Notes: generated from the letters alone by a model not told the origin. Counted from the stretch's first letter, positions 9,303-19,620 are shown. The stretch: 64,000 bases of DNA from Sulfuricurvum sp. (GCF_019163035.1 NZ_JAFLKV010000015.1:1282-65281); one strand, 5' to 3'. Made by a program: numbers and translations.

Positions 9303-10748
9303 ATGAAAAAACAACCTAATCAGAGTTCTAAAATCGATTTCAACTATTCAGTTAATTTGGTCTCTTTGTTGGAACAGATGGGTGTAACGATCCTGATGAG
9401 TACCTATCAGGCGGGGAAAATTATGGTGATCGGTGCTGATCAGGGCAAACTCGACCTACGTTACAAAGAGTTTCCAAGACCTATGGGGATGGTGACCCAT
9501 CAGGGGAAACTTTGGGCAGGTTTGGGGCATGGGATTTGGCAGTTTGCAAACTACGCAGGGGCTGCTTCGAAAATCGAGCCGCAGGGGAGCTATGATGCGT
9601 GTTATCTCCCGCAAAACATCCATTTTACCGCCGATATCGATATCCATGAGATGGAATTTTGCAAAGATCAACTCTATTTTGTAAACACTAAGTTTTCGTG
9701 TCTTTGTATCGATAACGGCAACAGCAGTTTTAAGCCTATATGGACCCCCCCTTTTATTTCTCTCCTTCAGCCGATCGATAAATGTCATCTAAACGGTTTT
9801 TGCACCCGCGATGGAGAACCGCGTTACGTGACGGCATTGGGGACAAGCGACGAACCGTTAGGGTGGAGAGCGACCAAAGCCGATGGGGGGATATTGATGG
9901 ATATTACCACGAACACGGTTTTAGCCAAAGGTCTATCGATGCCCCATTCTCCACGCTGGCATCAGGATAAACTCTGGCTCCTCGAATCGGGTAAAGGCTC
10001 GCTTTCGTATTACGATTTTAAAAAGAAAAAAGTGATTGAGGTGACAGCTTTGCCGGGGTTTACTCGAGGATTGCAGATGGTGGGAGATTTGGCGTTTATC
10101 GGTCTCTCCAAAGTCCGCGAAAGTGTAACATTTAGCGGGTTGCCGATTACGAAACTTCCTAAACGGGTTGCGGGTGTTTGGGTGGTCAATATCAAGACAG
10201 GTCAAATCGTTTCGTTCATTGAATTTACCGATGGAATCGATGAAGTGTTTGCCGTGAGCGTCTTGCCTCATCGTCATATGGATATTTACGGATTTGATCA
10301 TGATCTATCAAAAGGGAACTACATGATCGCTCCCGAAGATATTGAACAGGTTAAAATGGCGGAAACGGCAATTGAGCGGGCAGCACCGTATTTCGAAAAA
10401 GGGAATGATTTTTTCAACGAAAACAAAAAAGAAGAGGCGATTGAAGAGTTCAAAAAAGCGCTTGCTATTCAAAGCGATTATCTACCTGCAACGTTTAATA
10501 TGGCGGTAGCATTAGGGGATTTGGATCGATTTGACGAAGCGCTCGAAGTACTCCATGATGTGATCGATAAAGATGCGTCCATTCTCGAAGCCTACGATTC
10601 GCTCGGATACGTTTATTACAAACGGGGTGATTTAAAAATGGCAAAAGTCAATTACGAAAAAATACTCGAACTGAACCCTGAGCATCTAAAAGCCAAAAAT
10701 GCGCTGGCAATCATAGCAAAAGAATTGAAAGTCAAAAAGAAAAAATGA
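9303..10748 (+). CDS. TIGR03032 / DUF4915 family protein with C-terminal TPR repeats
   Basis: Family motifs recalled from memory: STYQAGK, FPRPMG, DIDIHEM, VNTKFSCL, PPFIS, DKCHLNG, GLSMPHSPRW, PGFTRGL, GLSKVRE. About three TPRs at the C-terminus. Confidence 0.88.
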   Translation: MKKQPNQSSKIDFNYSVNLVSLLEQMGVTILMSTYQAGKIMVIGADQGKLDLRYKEFPRPMGMVTHQGKLWAGLGHGIWQFANYAGAASKIEPQGSYDACYLPQNIHFTADIDIHEMEFCKDQLYFVNTKFSCLCIDNGNSSFKPIWTPPFISLLQPIDKCHLNGFCTRDGEPRYVTALGTSDEPLGWRATKADGGILMDITTNTVLAKGLSMPHSPRWHQDKLWLLESGKGSLSYYDFKKKKVIEVTALPGFTRGLQMVGDLAFIGLSKVRESVTFSGLPITKLPKRVAGVWVVNIKTGQIVSFIEFTDGIDEVFAVSVLPHRHMDIYGFDHDLSKGNYMIAPEDIEQVKMAETAIERAAPYFEKGNDFFNENKKEEAIEEFKKALAIQSDYLPATFNMAVALGDLDRFDEALEVLHDVIDKDASILEAYDSLGYVYYKRGDLKMAKVNYEKILELNPEHLKAKNALAIIAKELKVKKKK

Positions 10749-12199
10749 TGGAAATTCAATTTGTTTACCAGAATCTCACCGAAGAGCAAAAAAACGGGGT
10801 TATCCATATGTGGGTATCTGCAGGGGTTTTATCCCTCCAAGAAGCTCAAAACAGGGTAAATCAAGTTTCGGTGCTGATCCTCTCAGAGGGTCAAGTCGTT
10901 GGGGTGAGTACAATTTATCCCGCTCTTCTAAACGCGGGTGAGAAACCGTGGTTTTTTCTTCGGATGTTCATTCAAGAAACAAGTCGCGGAAGTAACCGTC
11001 GTCGAACGCAGATAATGCAGTTGAACTATACCGAGCTGAAACAACGGTTTTCAGAACAGTATCAGGGGATTGCACTGGAACTTGAAAACGTAAAACTTGC
11101 CAAACTCTCAGAGACGACCGACTACATGAGCAGACGGGGATATACTTATTATGGCAAGAGTTCACGAGGCTTAGGGATATGGGAAGTCCGATTTGACACC
11201 CCTATGGGTATATTTGATCAACCTAAACCGTTACAAGTGTTGAAAATTATTGGTATCCCAGATGATAACCGTGCTAATGTTGTCTATAATGACGGTTTTT
11301 TTCAGCAATTTGCCCTCTTGTTTGATGGAAACAGCTCATTTTTAGAAAAGTATAAGGTAGAGGGGTGTTACGAAAAAACGCTTTACATCGGAGGAGAGAG
11401 ATATCCGGAGCAGTTTGATCTCAAACAACGTCCCGATGTTATCGTGAACATGATTTGTGATCCTGAGATCCATACCAAATCGTTATCGCTTTTAAACACT
11501 ATCTCTTTAGGTGTACCATTCATCAATCGCCCTGAATTGATACACAAAACATCCCGGGATCGTTTATCCCAAGAATTACCCTCAAGTGAAGATTTCGTGA
11601 TTCCGAAAACACTCCGCATTACTCCATACGATTCAAACGACATTCTAAAAACCGCTGTCGAGGTATTCGGCGGGAGCAGTTTTTTGTTCCGACCGGTTGT
11701 TTCCCATGGAGGAGAAGGGCTGATACGGATAGATGATTACAAAACGGCTCCATTTACAGGGTATCCGATGGACGGTAAAGCTCAATATTTCATGACGGAA
11801 TTTATCGATTGCCAAAACTCGGATGGTTTATACCGTAAGATGCGATTTTTTATTATTGACGGAGTCCCTTATCCCAGACATAAAATCGTTTCTGAATCGT
11901 GGATGATCCATTCGCAAAGTCGGAGCAGTTTAATGTCTCAAAAGAGCTATCAAGAAGAAGAAAAAAGCTTTTTGGAAAACCCTCCACCTATATTGAAAGC
12001 GTTTTGCGCTCATGTGTACAATCATCTTCAACTTGATTATTTTGGTATCGACTGCGCTCTATCGGACGATGGAAAAGTAGTCCTTTTTGAAGCTAATGTG
12101 TGTATGCGTCCTTATGCCGATCACGATGAAGAGTATCTAAAAAATGCCAATGAAGCGGTTCATAAAGCATTTGGGAACCTTGTTAGAGGACGTTCATGA
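10745..12199 (+). CDS. Fusion of a GNAT-like N-terminal domain and an ATP-grasp (RimK-like) domain
   Basis: C-terminal part has FLFRPVVSHGGEGL, MTEFID, YRKMRFF, LDYFGID, VLFEAN (ATP-grasp). The N-terminal ~150 aa has GQVVGVST and RRGY (GNAT-like, weaker call). Confidence 0.65.
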   Translation: MMEIQFVYQNLTEEQKNGVIHMWVSAGVLSLQEAQNRVNQVSVLILSEGQVVGVSTIYPALLNAGEKPWFFLRMFIQETSRGSNRRRTQIMQLNYTELKQRFSEQYQGIALELENVKLAKLSETTDYMSRRGYTYYGKSSRGLGIWEVRFDTPMGIFDQPKPLQVLKIIGIPDDNRANVVYNDGFFQQFALLFDGNSSFLEKYKVEGCYEKTLYIGGERYPEQFDLKQRPDVIVNMICDPEIHTKSLSLLNTISLGVPFINRPELIHKTSRDRLSQELPSSEDFVIPKTLRITPYDSNDILKTAVEVFGGSSFLFRPVVSHGGEGLIRIDDYKTAPFTGYPMDGKAQYFMTEFIDCQNSDGLYRKMRFFIIDGVPYPRHKIVSESWMIHSQSRSSLMSQKSYQEEEKSFLENPPPILKAFCAHVYNHLQLDYFGIDCALSDDGKVVLFEANVCMRPYADHDEEYLKNANEAVHKAFGNLVRGRS

Positions 12200-12933
12200 A
12201 TTCACAGAGTTATACCGACCTTTTTACCCTTCGGGGAGGGGAATACGACCGTGCGATGCGCTTAAATCCATCTGCTAGAGATCAGGAATTTCTTCAAGCG
12301 ATTGAAAAAGTGAATCTAACCAACGGGATGAAGGTGATAGATGTTCCCGCCGGAGGGGAGTATCTTCGATCCTTTTTACCGGATGGAATCATCTATTTTC
12401 CACACGAACCTTGTGATACATTTTATCGACAAAATAATGATATAGCTTCTAACTCTTTGTTGCCGTTGCCGTTTGAGGAGAATGGAGCCGATGTATTGTT
12501 CTCCATCGCAGGTGTGCATCATCTGGAGGATAAAACAGAATTGTTCAATGAATTTTTTAGGGTACTTGGAAAAACGGGAACATTGGTTCTTTCCGATGTT
12601 CGCGAAGACTCAAAAGTTGCAAAATTTCTGGACAACTATGTCGGTTCCAATAACACGACCGGTCATCAGGGGATTTTTCTCCATTCGCAAACCGCATCCG
12701 AACTTAAAAAAAGTGGTTTTTCCATTATCTCCGATACGATTGAATCTTTTTATTGGATTTTTGATGATATTCTCTCTATGGGAATATTTTGCAATACTCT
12801 CTTTGACATCAAAAAGGTAAGTAGCAAACAAACAGTAGATGCAATTATCGAATATCTTGGAATTGATGAATTTCCTGATGGTAAAGTCGGGATGCGGTGG
12901 GAATTGCACACCATCGTGGCGAGAAAGTCATAA
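12196..12933 (+). CDS. Class I SAM-dependent methyltransferase
   Basis: VIDVPAGGEYL, LPF..ADVLFSIAGVHH, EFFRVL..GTLVLSD. Confidence 0.85.
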   Translation: MNSQSYTDLFTLRGGEYDRAMRLNPSARDQEFLQAIEKVNLTNGMKVIDVPAGGEYLRSFLPDGIIYFPHEPCDTFYRQNNDIASNSLLPLPFEENGADVLFSIAGVHHLEDKTELFNEFFRVLGKTGTLVLSDVREDSKVAKFLDNYVGSNNTTGHQGIFLHSQTASELKKSGFSIISDTIESFYWIFDDILSMGIFCNTLFDIKKVSSKQTVDAIIEYLGIDEFPDGKVGMRWELHTIVARKS

Positions 12934-12948
12934 AGGAGAAGTGTAAAA

Positions 12949-13842
12949 ATGACTCACCTCAAAGCTCTCGAAGCCGAATCTATCCACATAATGCGTGAAG
13001 TCGTTGCGGAATTCGATAATCCTGCGATGCTTTACAGTATAGGAAAAGATTCCTCAGTCATGCTTCATTTGGCACAAAAAGCTTTTTATCCTGCTCCGCC
13101 CCCATTTCCTCTTGTGCACGTAGATACCATGTGGAAATTCCGTGAGATGATCGAATTTCGTGACCGACGGGCTAAAGAGGTGGGAATGGATCTTATCGTC
13201 CATATCAACCCTAAAGGTGCAGAGATGAATATCAGCCCCTTTAAACACGGTTCAGCGCTCCACACCGATATTATGAAAACCGAAGGGCTTAAGCAGATGC
13301 TAGAGCTTTATAAGTTTGACGCCGTATTCGGCGGAGCACGCCGTGATGAAGAGAAAAGCAGAGCCAAAGAGCGGATTTACTCCTTCCGAGATCACCACCA
13401 CCGATGGGATCCAAAGAACCAACGTCCAGAGTTGTGGAATCTCTACAATGGTCGGTATCGAAAAGACGAAAGTATACGGGTATTTCCCCTCTCCAACTGG
13501 ACAGAGCTGGATATCTGGCAATACATTTATATGGAACAAATCCCAATCCCCTCATTGTATTTCGCAGCAGAGCGTGAGGTGGTAGAGATGGGTGGAACAA
13601 AGATCATGGTTGATGATGATCGTATGCCCGAAGAACTACGCCGTAATGCTAAAAAAGAAATGGTGCGATTTCGAACACTGGGGTGTTATCCGCTCACTGG
13701 TGCTGTAGAATCCATGGCGACAACATTGCCTGACATAATCCAAGAGATGCTACTTACCACAACGTCCGAACGTCAAGGTCGCTTGATCGACAGCGATTCA
13801 TCTGCTTCTATGGAGAAGAAAAAGATTGAGGGGTATTTCTGA
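12949..13842 (+). CDS. cysD: Sulfate adenylyltransferase subunit 2
   Basis: [57 protein letters not shown]. Confidence 0.97.
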   Translation: MTHLKALEAESIHIMREVVAEFDNPAMLYSIGKDSSVMLHLAQKAFYPAPPPFPLVHVDTMWKFREMIEFRDRRAKEVGMDLIVHINPKGAEMNISPFKHGSALHTDIMKTEGLKQMLELYKFDAVFGGARRDEEKSRAKERIYSFRDHHHRWDPKNQRPELWNLYNGRYRKDESIRVFPLSNWTELDIWQYIYMEQIPIPSLYFAAEREVVEMGGTKIMVDDDRMPEELRRNAKKEMVRFRTLGCYPLTGAVESMATTLPDIIQEMLLTTTSERQGRLIDSDSSASMEKKKIEGYF

Positions 13843-15296
13843 TGGCACATCAAGATGAATTGATCGCAACTGACATCGAAAGTTACCTAAAAGTCCATGA
13901 GAATAAAGGTCTATTGAGGTTCATTACCTGCGGTAGTGTTGATGATGGAAAAAGTACTTTGATCGGACGCTTGTTATACGATTCAAAAATGATCTTTGAA
14001 GATCAACTCTCATCCATCGAACAAGACTCTAAAAAAATGGGAACTCAAAGCGGTGAATTTGATTTAGCACTTCTAGTGGACGGATTGCAAAGTGAGAGAG
14101 AGCAGGGGATTACCATTGATGTAGCGTATCGCTATTTCTCAACCGACAAACGTAAATTCATTATCGCTGACACTCCGGGACATGAACAATATACCCGTAA
14201 CATGGCGACGGGTGCATCAACAGCCGATTTAGCGATTATCCTCATCGATGCACGATACGGCGTTCAAACCCAAACCCGCCGACACTCTTATATCGTTTCG
14301 CTTCTAGGGATTAAACACCTCATTGTCGCTATCAATAAAATGGATTTACTAGCGTATTCGCAAGATACCTTTGAGAGCATCCAACTCCAATACGAAGCAA
14401 TGATCGATACTCTTCCTAACCATGAAGAGATAACTATCACCTATCTACCGCTATCAGCACTGAGAGGTGATAACGTCGTTAATCCAAGTTCCTCCATGCC
14501 GTGGTATAGCGGTAAAGCGCTTATGGAGTTGCTAAACACCGTTGAACTCTCCAGTAAATATGACACTTCATTGCCATTTCGCTTTCCGGTACAGTATGTA
14601 AACCGTCCTAACCTTGATTTCAGAGGCTATTGCGGAACAATCGCATCGGGCAGTATTAAGGTAGGGGATGAGATTACCATCCTCCCTTCCGGAAAATCGA
14701 CCCGCATTAAATCCATTATCCCCCCCTCAATCGGAATTTCAGATGATGTCATAACTAAGTGTATCGATGAAGCCTATTCACCTATGGCGGTAACATTAAC
14801 GACAGAGGATGAAATCGATATCAGCCGGGGTGATATGATCGTTCATACTGATCATCTACCGAGAGTTTCCAATAGCCTCAAAGTAATGATGGTATGGATG
14901 GATGAAACACCGATGGCGTTACATCATACCTATAGTATAAAATCATCAACTGCTACCGTTAATGGGACCTTTGAGCATATCAATTACAAAGTTGATATTA
15001 ATACCTATGAAAAACATCAAACCCAAGAACTGACACTTAATGATATCGGCTCTTGTAAACTAGTACTAAACCGACCGATAGCAGTTGATCCCTACCATTC
15101 TAATCGCTCTACCGGTAGTTTTATCGTGATTGATCGCCTTACCAACAATACCGTAGCAGCCGGTATGATTGTCGATGTAAGCCGACGAGAGAGTGAAAAT
15201 ATCTCGGCTAATCATCGCCATTACACACAAGATGAGATAGATCTCAATGCCTATATCCGTCAACATTATCCTGAATGGGGATGCAAAGCAATCTGA
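13842..15296 (+). CDS. cysN: Sulfate adenylyltransferase subunit 1 (GTPase)
   Basis: TCGSVDDGKSTLIGRLL, EREQGITIDVAYRYF, DTPGHEQY, NKMD. TGATG coupling to cysD. Confidence 0.97.
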   Translation: MAHQDELIATDIESYLKVHENKGLLRFITCGSVDDGKSTLIGRLLYDSKMIFEDQLSSIEQDSKKMGTQSGEFDLALLVDGLQSEREQGITIDVAYRYFSTDKRKFIIADTPGHEQYTRNMATGASTADLAIILIDARYGVQTQTRRHSYIVSLLGIKHLIVAINKMDLLAYSQDTFESIQLQYEAMIDTLPNHEEITITYLPLSALRGDNVVNPSSSMPWYSGKALMELLNTVELSSKYDTSLPFRFPVQYVNRPNLDFRGYCGTIASGSIKVGDEITILPSGKSTRIKSIIPPSIGISDDVITKCIDEAYSPMAVTLTTEDEIDISRGDMIVHTDHLPRVSNSLKVMMVWMDETPMALHHTYSIKSSTATVNGTFEHINYKVDINTYEKHQTQELTLNDIGSCKLVLNRPIAVDPYHSNRSTGSFIVIDRLTNNTVAAGMIVDVSRRESENISANHRHYTQDEIDLNAYIRQHYPEWGCKAI

Positions 15297-16024
15297 TGTA
15301 TAAAGAGACCAATATTCGTACCGTTGCCAAAGGATTTAGTTGGCGCTTTTTCGCAACGGCCACTACAGTTGTAATCGTCTATATCTTCTTCAAACGACTG
15401 GACCTGGCAATTGCTGCAGGAGTGGTTGAAACCATCTCAAAAGTAGCTCTCTATTATGTGCATGAAAAACTGTGGCAGAGAGTACGATGGGGCAAAAAAA
15501 AGATCGAGCCGTTCAATCTCTGGTTTACGGGATTACCGCTCTCAGGTAAAACTACCATTGCAAATCTGGTTTATGAGAAGCTTCAAAAATACGATATTCC
15601 TCTAGAGCGTATCGACTCCAAAGATATTCGTGATGTTATCCCTGACATTGGTTACAGCCGTGAAGATCGGAACCGACATATGCACCGAATCGGCCATTTG
15701 ATCAAAACATTACAAAACAATTCGATTTCTACAATAGCCTCATTTGTCTCCCCTTACCGTGAATCGCGCAAAGCAATCCGTGAGATGGTCAAAAACAATG
15801 TCGTAGTCTATGTCAAAGCTGATATTGAAACCTGTAAAACTAGAGATTATAAGGGCGTTTACGCCAAAGCACTCAATGGAGAACTTCAAAATTTCTCTGG
15901 AATCAACGATGTTTATGAAGAACCACAGCATGCAGAGATCATTATCGAGACCGAATTAACCAGTCCGGAAGAAGCAGCTGAAACCATCATCCACTACCTA
16001 AAAAAACACTACATAAAGCTCTAA
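15296..16024 (+). CDS. DUF2061-like membrane domain fused to an adenylyl-sulfate-kinase-like domain
   Basis: N-terminal ET..RT.AK..SWR...YY.HEKLW hydrophobic segment. [13 protein letters not shown]-loop, RDYKGVY, FSGI.DVYEEP. The ATG at 15296 overlaps the cysN stop. Confidence 0.8.
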   Translation: MYKETNIRTVAKGFSWRFFATATTVVIVYIFFKRLDLAIAAGVVETISKVALYYVHEKLWQRVRWGKKKIEPFNLWFTGLPLSGKTTIANLVYEKLQKYDIPLERIDSKDIRDVIPDIGYSREDRNRHMHRIGHLIKTLQNNSISTIASFVSPYRESRKAIREMVKNNVVVYVKADIETCKTRDYKGVYAKALNGELQNFSGINDVYEEPQHAEIIIETELTSPEEAAETIIHYLKKHYIKL

Positions 16025-16025
16025 T

Positions 16026-16628
16026 ATGAATACCAATAACATACTCTGGCATGATCATCACATTACCAAAGAAGATCGCTCATTCATCAAACAACAGCGC
16101 CCCTGCATACTTTGGTTCACAGGGCTTAGCGGGAGTGGAAAATCGACGATTGCCAATGCCCTCGAAAACAAACTTTATGAGATGGGAAAACATACCTATC
16201 TTCTCGATGGGGATAATGTTCGTCACGCTCTGAACAAGGATTTAGGATTTAGTGATAGCGATCGCGTTGAAAACATCCGTCGTATCGGTGAAGTCAGCAA
16301 ACTGTTTGCCGATGCGGGATTAATTGTTATTAGTGCTTTCATCTCACCCTTTCAATCGGATCGTCAAATTGTCCGTAACCTTGTCAATCAAAATGAATTT
16401 ATCGAAGTATTTATTGATGCTCCGATAGAGATATGTGAACAGCGTGATCCCAAAGGACTGTACCAAAAGGCAAGATGCGGTGAGATCAAAAACTTTACGG
16501 GTATCGATTCGCCATATGAAGCTCCTATGAATCCGGATATTCATATTAAAACCGATGTAATGAGTGTGGATGAATCGGTTCAGCTCATTATTGATACTCT
16601 CATAAATCAAGGATATTTGAATGGTTGA
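16026..16628 (+). CDS. cysC: Adenylyl-sulfate kinase
   Basis: [39 protein letters not shown]. Confidence 0.97.
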   Translation: MNTNNILWHDHHITKEDRSFIKQQRPCILWFTGLSGSGKSTIANALENKLYEMGKHTYLLDGDNVRHALNKDLGFSDSDRVENIRRIGEVSKLFADAGLIVISAFISPFQSDRQIVRNLVNQNEFIEVFIDAPIEICEQRDPKGLYQKARCGEIKNFTGIDSPYEAPMNPDIHIKTDVMSVDESVQLIIDTLINQGYLNG

Positions 16629-17382
16629 TCTGATTGATATTAGAGATATTATTACCATTGCAGAACAAGCCGGTCAAGCTATTATTGAAATCTATCAACA
16701 AGAGTTTGAAGTTATCTATAAAGATGATAATAGTCCCTTAACGAAAGCAGATAAAGTAGCCAATGACATAATTACAGATGGTCTAAACGCTTTATCGGTC
16801 AAACTTCCAATCCTCTCTGAAGAAGGTAAAGAAATTCCTTTTGAAGAACGAAAAGAGTGGGAGTATTTTTGGATGGTCGATCCGCTCGATGGTACCAAAG
16901 AATTTATCAAAAAAAATGGTGAATTTACAGTCAATATTGCACTTATTCATATAGATACTCCCGTGCTTGGTGTTGTATACGCTCCGGCATTGGATGATAT
17001 GTATTGGGCTGTACAAGGTAAAGGGGCCTTCAAAGACGGGAAAAAACTTCCATTATATATCAATGAACATCCTGAAAAACTTTTACGTGTAGTAGCAAGC
17101 AAATCGCATCTGAATCCTGAGACCGAAGAATATATTCATCAGCTTGCCAAAACAACCGAAAGAATTGAATGTGTCTCTAGAGGAAGTTCTCTAAAGTTTT
17201 GTATGATAGCCGAAGGTAGTGCTGATATTTATCCCAGACTTGCCCCAACAATGGAATGGGATACTGCAGCAGCAGATACTATTGTAAGAGAAGCAGGTAA
17301 GGCGGTATTCGGTTATAAAAATAAACAAAAAATAACCTATAATACGCCAGACCTTATGAATGATTGGTTTATAGTAAACTAA
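16621..17382 (+). CDS. cysQ: 3'(2'),5'-bisphosphate nucleotidase
   Basis: [37 protein letters not shown]. Confidence 0.95.
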   Translation: MVDLIDIRDIITIAEQAGQAIIEIYQQEFEVIYKDDNSPLTKADKVANDIITDGLNALSVKLPILSEEGKEIPFEERKEWEYFWMVDPLDGTKEFIKKNGEFTVNIALIHIDTPVLGVVYAPALDDMYWAVQGKGAFKDGKKLPLYINEHPEKLLRVVASKSHLNPETEEYIHQLAKTTERIECVSRGSSLKFCMIAEGSADIYPRLAPTMEWDTAAADTIVREAGKAVFGYKNKQKITYNTPDLMNDWFIVN

Positions 17383-17441
17383 AACTCAATATTGCATCTA
17401 ATATTTATTAATTGTAAATCAAAAAATAAGCATTTTTTCGC

Positions 17442-17447
17442 TATAAT
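17442..17447 (+). promoter_or_regulatory. Probable sigma70 -10 box for rpsA
   Basis: TATAAT preceded by an AT-rich tract, about 30 nt upstream of the rpsA ATG. Confidence 0.5.
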
Positions 17448-17476
17448 CAGCCAATTTTTAGTTACAAGGGATAGGC

Positions 17477-19132
17477 ATGGCTTTCGATAACGAATCGTTC
17501 GAAGAAGAAAATTTTGCTGAGATGTTAGAGGCATCTTTCAAAGAGCAAGAATCTACACGCATTACAGAAGGTGAAGTAGTAGAGATCCAAGAGAGTGACA
17601 ACCGCGCGTTGGTAGGCGTTGGCGAGAAACTCGAAGGGATCCTTCCACTGGATGAAATCCGCGATGCAGAGGGTAAACTTTTGTTCAACGTCGGCGATAA
17701 AATTATGGTTATGGTAATGGGTCACTACAATGAGCGCCCAAAAATTTCGTACAAAAAAGTGCTTGAGCAAGAGAAAACGCTCGCATTTATCAATGCACAC
17801 AAAGAAGATTTCGAATCCATCGTTATCGAAGCATTGGTGACGAAGAAAAACAAAGGGGGCTACCTTTTGGAAGCGGACGATGTCCATTTCTTCCTTCCAC
17901 GCTCACTTGCTGCGTTCAAAGAGACTGACCAAGTAGTCGGTAAAACGATCAAAGCACAAGTGGTAAAAGTTGACGCTGCTGAGGCTTCAATCGTTGTTTC
18001 TCGTCGCAAGCTTTTCAATGATGAGCGTAAGCGTAAAAAAGAAGTAATCGATGCGTTGATGGAAGAGGATAAAGTTATCCAAGGTACCGTCAAAAAAATC
18101 ACCAGTTACGGAATGTTCGTTGATGTCGGTGGAATTGACGGGTTGGTTCATTACAATGAAATCAGCTACAAAGGGCCGGTTAACCCATCAAAACTCTACA
18201 AAGAGGGTGATATTGTCAATGTAAAAGCAATCTCATACGATAAAGACAAACGTCATTTATCTCTCTCGATCAAAGCGGTTCAATCGGATCCTTGGCAAGA
18301 GGTTGAAGAGGCGTTGGAAGAGGGTGATACCATCACTGTTACCGTTAGCAACATCGAACCGTACGGTATTTTTGTTGATCTCGGAAATGACATCGAAGGT
18401 TTCCTTCATATCTCTGAAATTACTTGGGATAAAAACATTAAACACCCTAAAGATTACCTTACTGTCGGTCAAGAGATCGATGTTGAAGTTATCGAAATCA
18501 ACTCTAAAACACACAAATTGCGTGTATCGTACAAACGTCTTCAACCGAAACCGTTCGAAGAATTTAGCAAAAAATTCAAAGAGGGTGATATTGTTACCGG
18601 AACAGTTACGTCATTGACTGATTTCGGTGCATTCGTCAAAGTTGGCGGAGTAGAGGGTTTATTGCATAACCAAGATCTTTCATGGGACAAAAATGTTAAA
18701 TGTAAAGAGACTCTCAAAGTCGGCGAAGAGATCGAAGTGAAAATTGCAAAAATCAATGGTGATGATGAAAAAATTTCATTGAACCGCAAATCACTCGAAG
18801 AGTCTCCGATCGATCAATTTGCAACGAATCATAAAATGAATGAAGTGGTAAAAGCTACCGTTCGTGATGTTAAAGATTTCGGTGTATTCGTTTCATTGGA
18901 AGGGGGCGTAGATGCTCTTATCCGTAACGAAGACCTTTATCCTCTCATCGCTGAAGAGCTTGAAATCGGTCAAACGATTGAAGCAGCTATTTTAGTAATC
19001 GATGCTAAACGTGACCGTATCCGTCTTTCAGTGAAAAAATTAGAGCGTCTTAATGATCAAAAAATGTTAGACGAGATCAATGACAACGATGCGCATAGCC
19101 TTGGTGATTTGATTAAAGACCAATTGAAATAA
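17477..19132 (+). CDS. rpsA: 30S ribosomal protein S1
   Basis: Repeated S1 domains (YGMFVDVGGIDGLVH, YGIFVDLG..IEGFLHISE, FGAFVKVGGVEGLLH). Confidence 0.97.
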   Translation: MAFDNESFEEENFAEMLEASFKEQESTRITEGEVVEIQESDNRALVGVGEKLEGILPLDEIRDAEGKLLFNVGDKIMVMVMGHYNERPKISYKKVLEQEKTLAFINAHKEDFESIVIEALVTKKNKGGYLLEADDVHFFLPRSLAAFKETDQVVGKTIKAQVVKVDAAEASIVVSRRKLFNDERKRKKEVIDALMEEDKVIQGTVKKITSYGMFVDVGGIDGLVHYNEISYKGPVNPSKLYKEGDIVNVKAISYDKDKRHLSLSIKAVQSDPWQEVEEALEEGDTITVTVSNIEPYGIFVDLGNDIEGFLHISEITWDKNIKHPKDYLTVGQEIDVEVIEINSKTHKLRVSYKRLQPKPFEEFSKKFKEGDIVTGTVTSLTDFGAFVKVGGVEGLLHNQDLSWDKNVKCKETLKVGEEIEVKIAKINGDDEKISLNRKSLEESPIDQFATNHKMNEVVKATVRDVKDFGVFVSLEGGVDALIRNEDLYPLIAEELEIGQTIEAAILVIDAKRDRIRLSVKKLERLNDQKMLDEINDNDAHSLGDLIKDQLK

Positions 19133-19137
19133 ATTCA

Positions 19138-19620
19138 ATGCGACGTGCTGCTTATTGGCTGATTCCCCTTATCGCCTTTTGTGTAGCACTGTTTATTGGT
19201 CTCTTTTTGGTGCAGATCAACCCCTTGGCACCAAAAATCCAACCTAGCGAAACTGAGAATAAAGCAGCTCCTGAAGGGCTCAAAGGGCAACTCGGAAGTT
19301 GGATCAGTCATTTTGCTAATACCAGTGACAATGATTATTTTTACCCCGTAAATGAGGTGACACTAAACCTCGATATGGGTAGCAAGAGCGATGCGTTGGA
19401 GTTATACCGCCTAGTTATAAAACCAAAGAGTGCTGATGAACTCTTGCAATGCAAAGAGGAACTGAAAAAAAATGCGCTCCCTTTTGTGATGCAAACTGAA
19501 GAGGATACAAAAATTCTTACGGTTGATTCTCCCGATCAATCTCAACTGAAATCTCTTGTAACAAAACTAAAAACCTACCAAATCACGGCGACGGTGTCGC
19601 CCTATACTGAGGAAAAATAA
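19138..19620 (+). CDS. Hypothetical membrane-anchored protein between rpsA and serA
   Basis: Single N-terminal hydrophobic helix. Tightly coupled to rpsA and serA. Confidence 0.8.
   Translation: MRRAAYWLIPLIAFCVALFIGLFLVQINPLAPKIQPSETENKAAPEGLKGQLGSWISHFANTSDNDYFYPVNEVTLNLDMGSKSDALELYRLVIKPKSADELLQCKEELKKNALPFVMQTEEDTKILTVDSPDQSQLKSLVTKLKTYQITATVSPYTEEK

Noticed and set aside
9744-9752. C7 homopolymer in the DUF4915 gene (also C7 near 14720 and T9 near 27450) as phase-variation tracts
   Set aside because: The tracts are short and in frame. The first encodes the conserved W.PPF motif. Campylobacter-type contingency tracts are usually longer poly-G/C.
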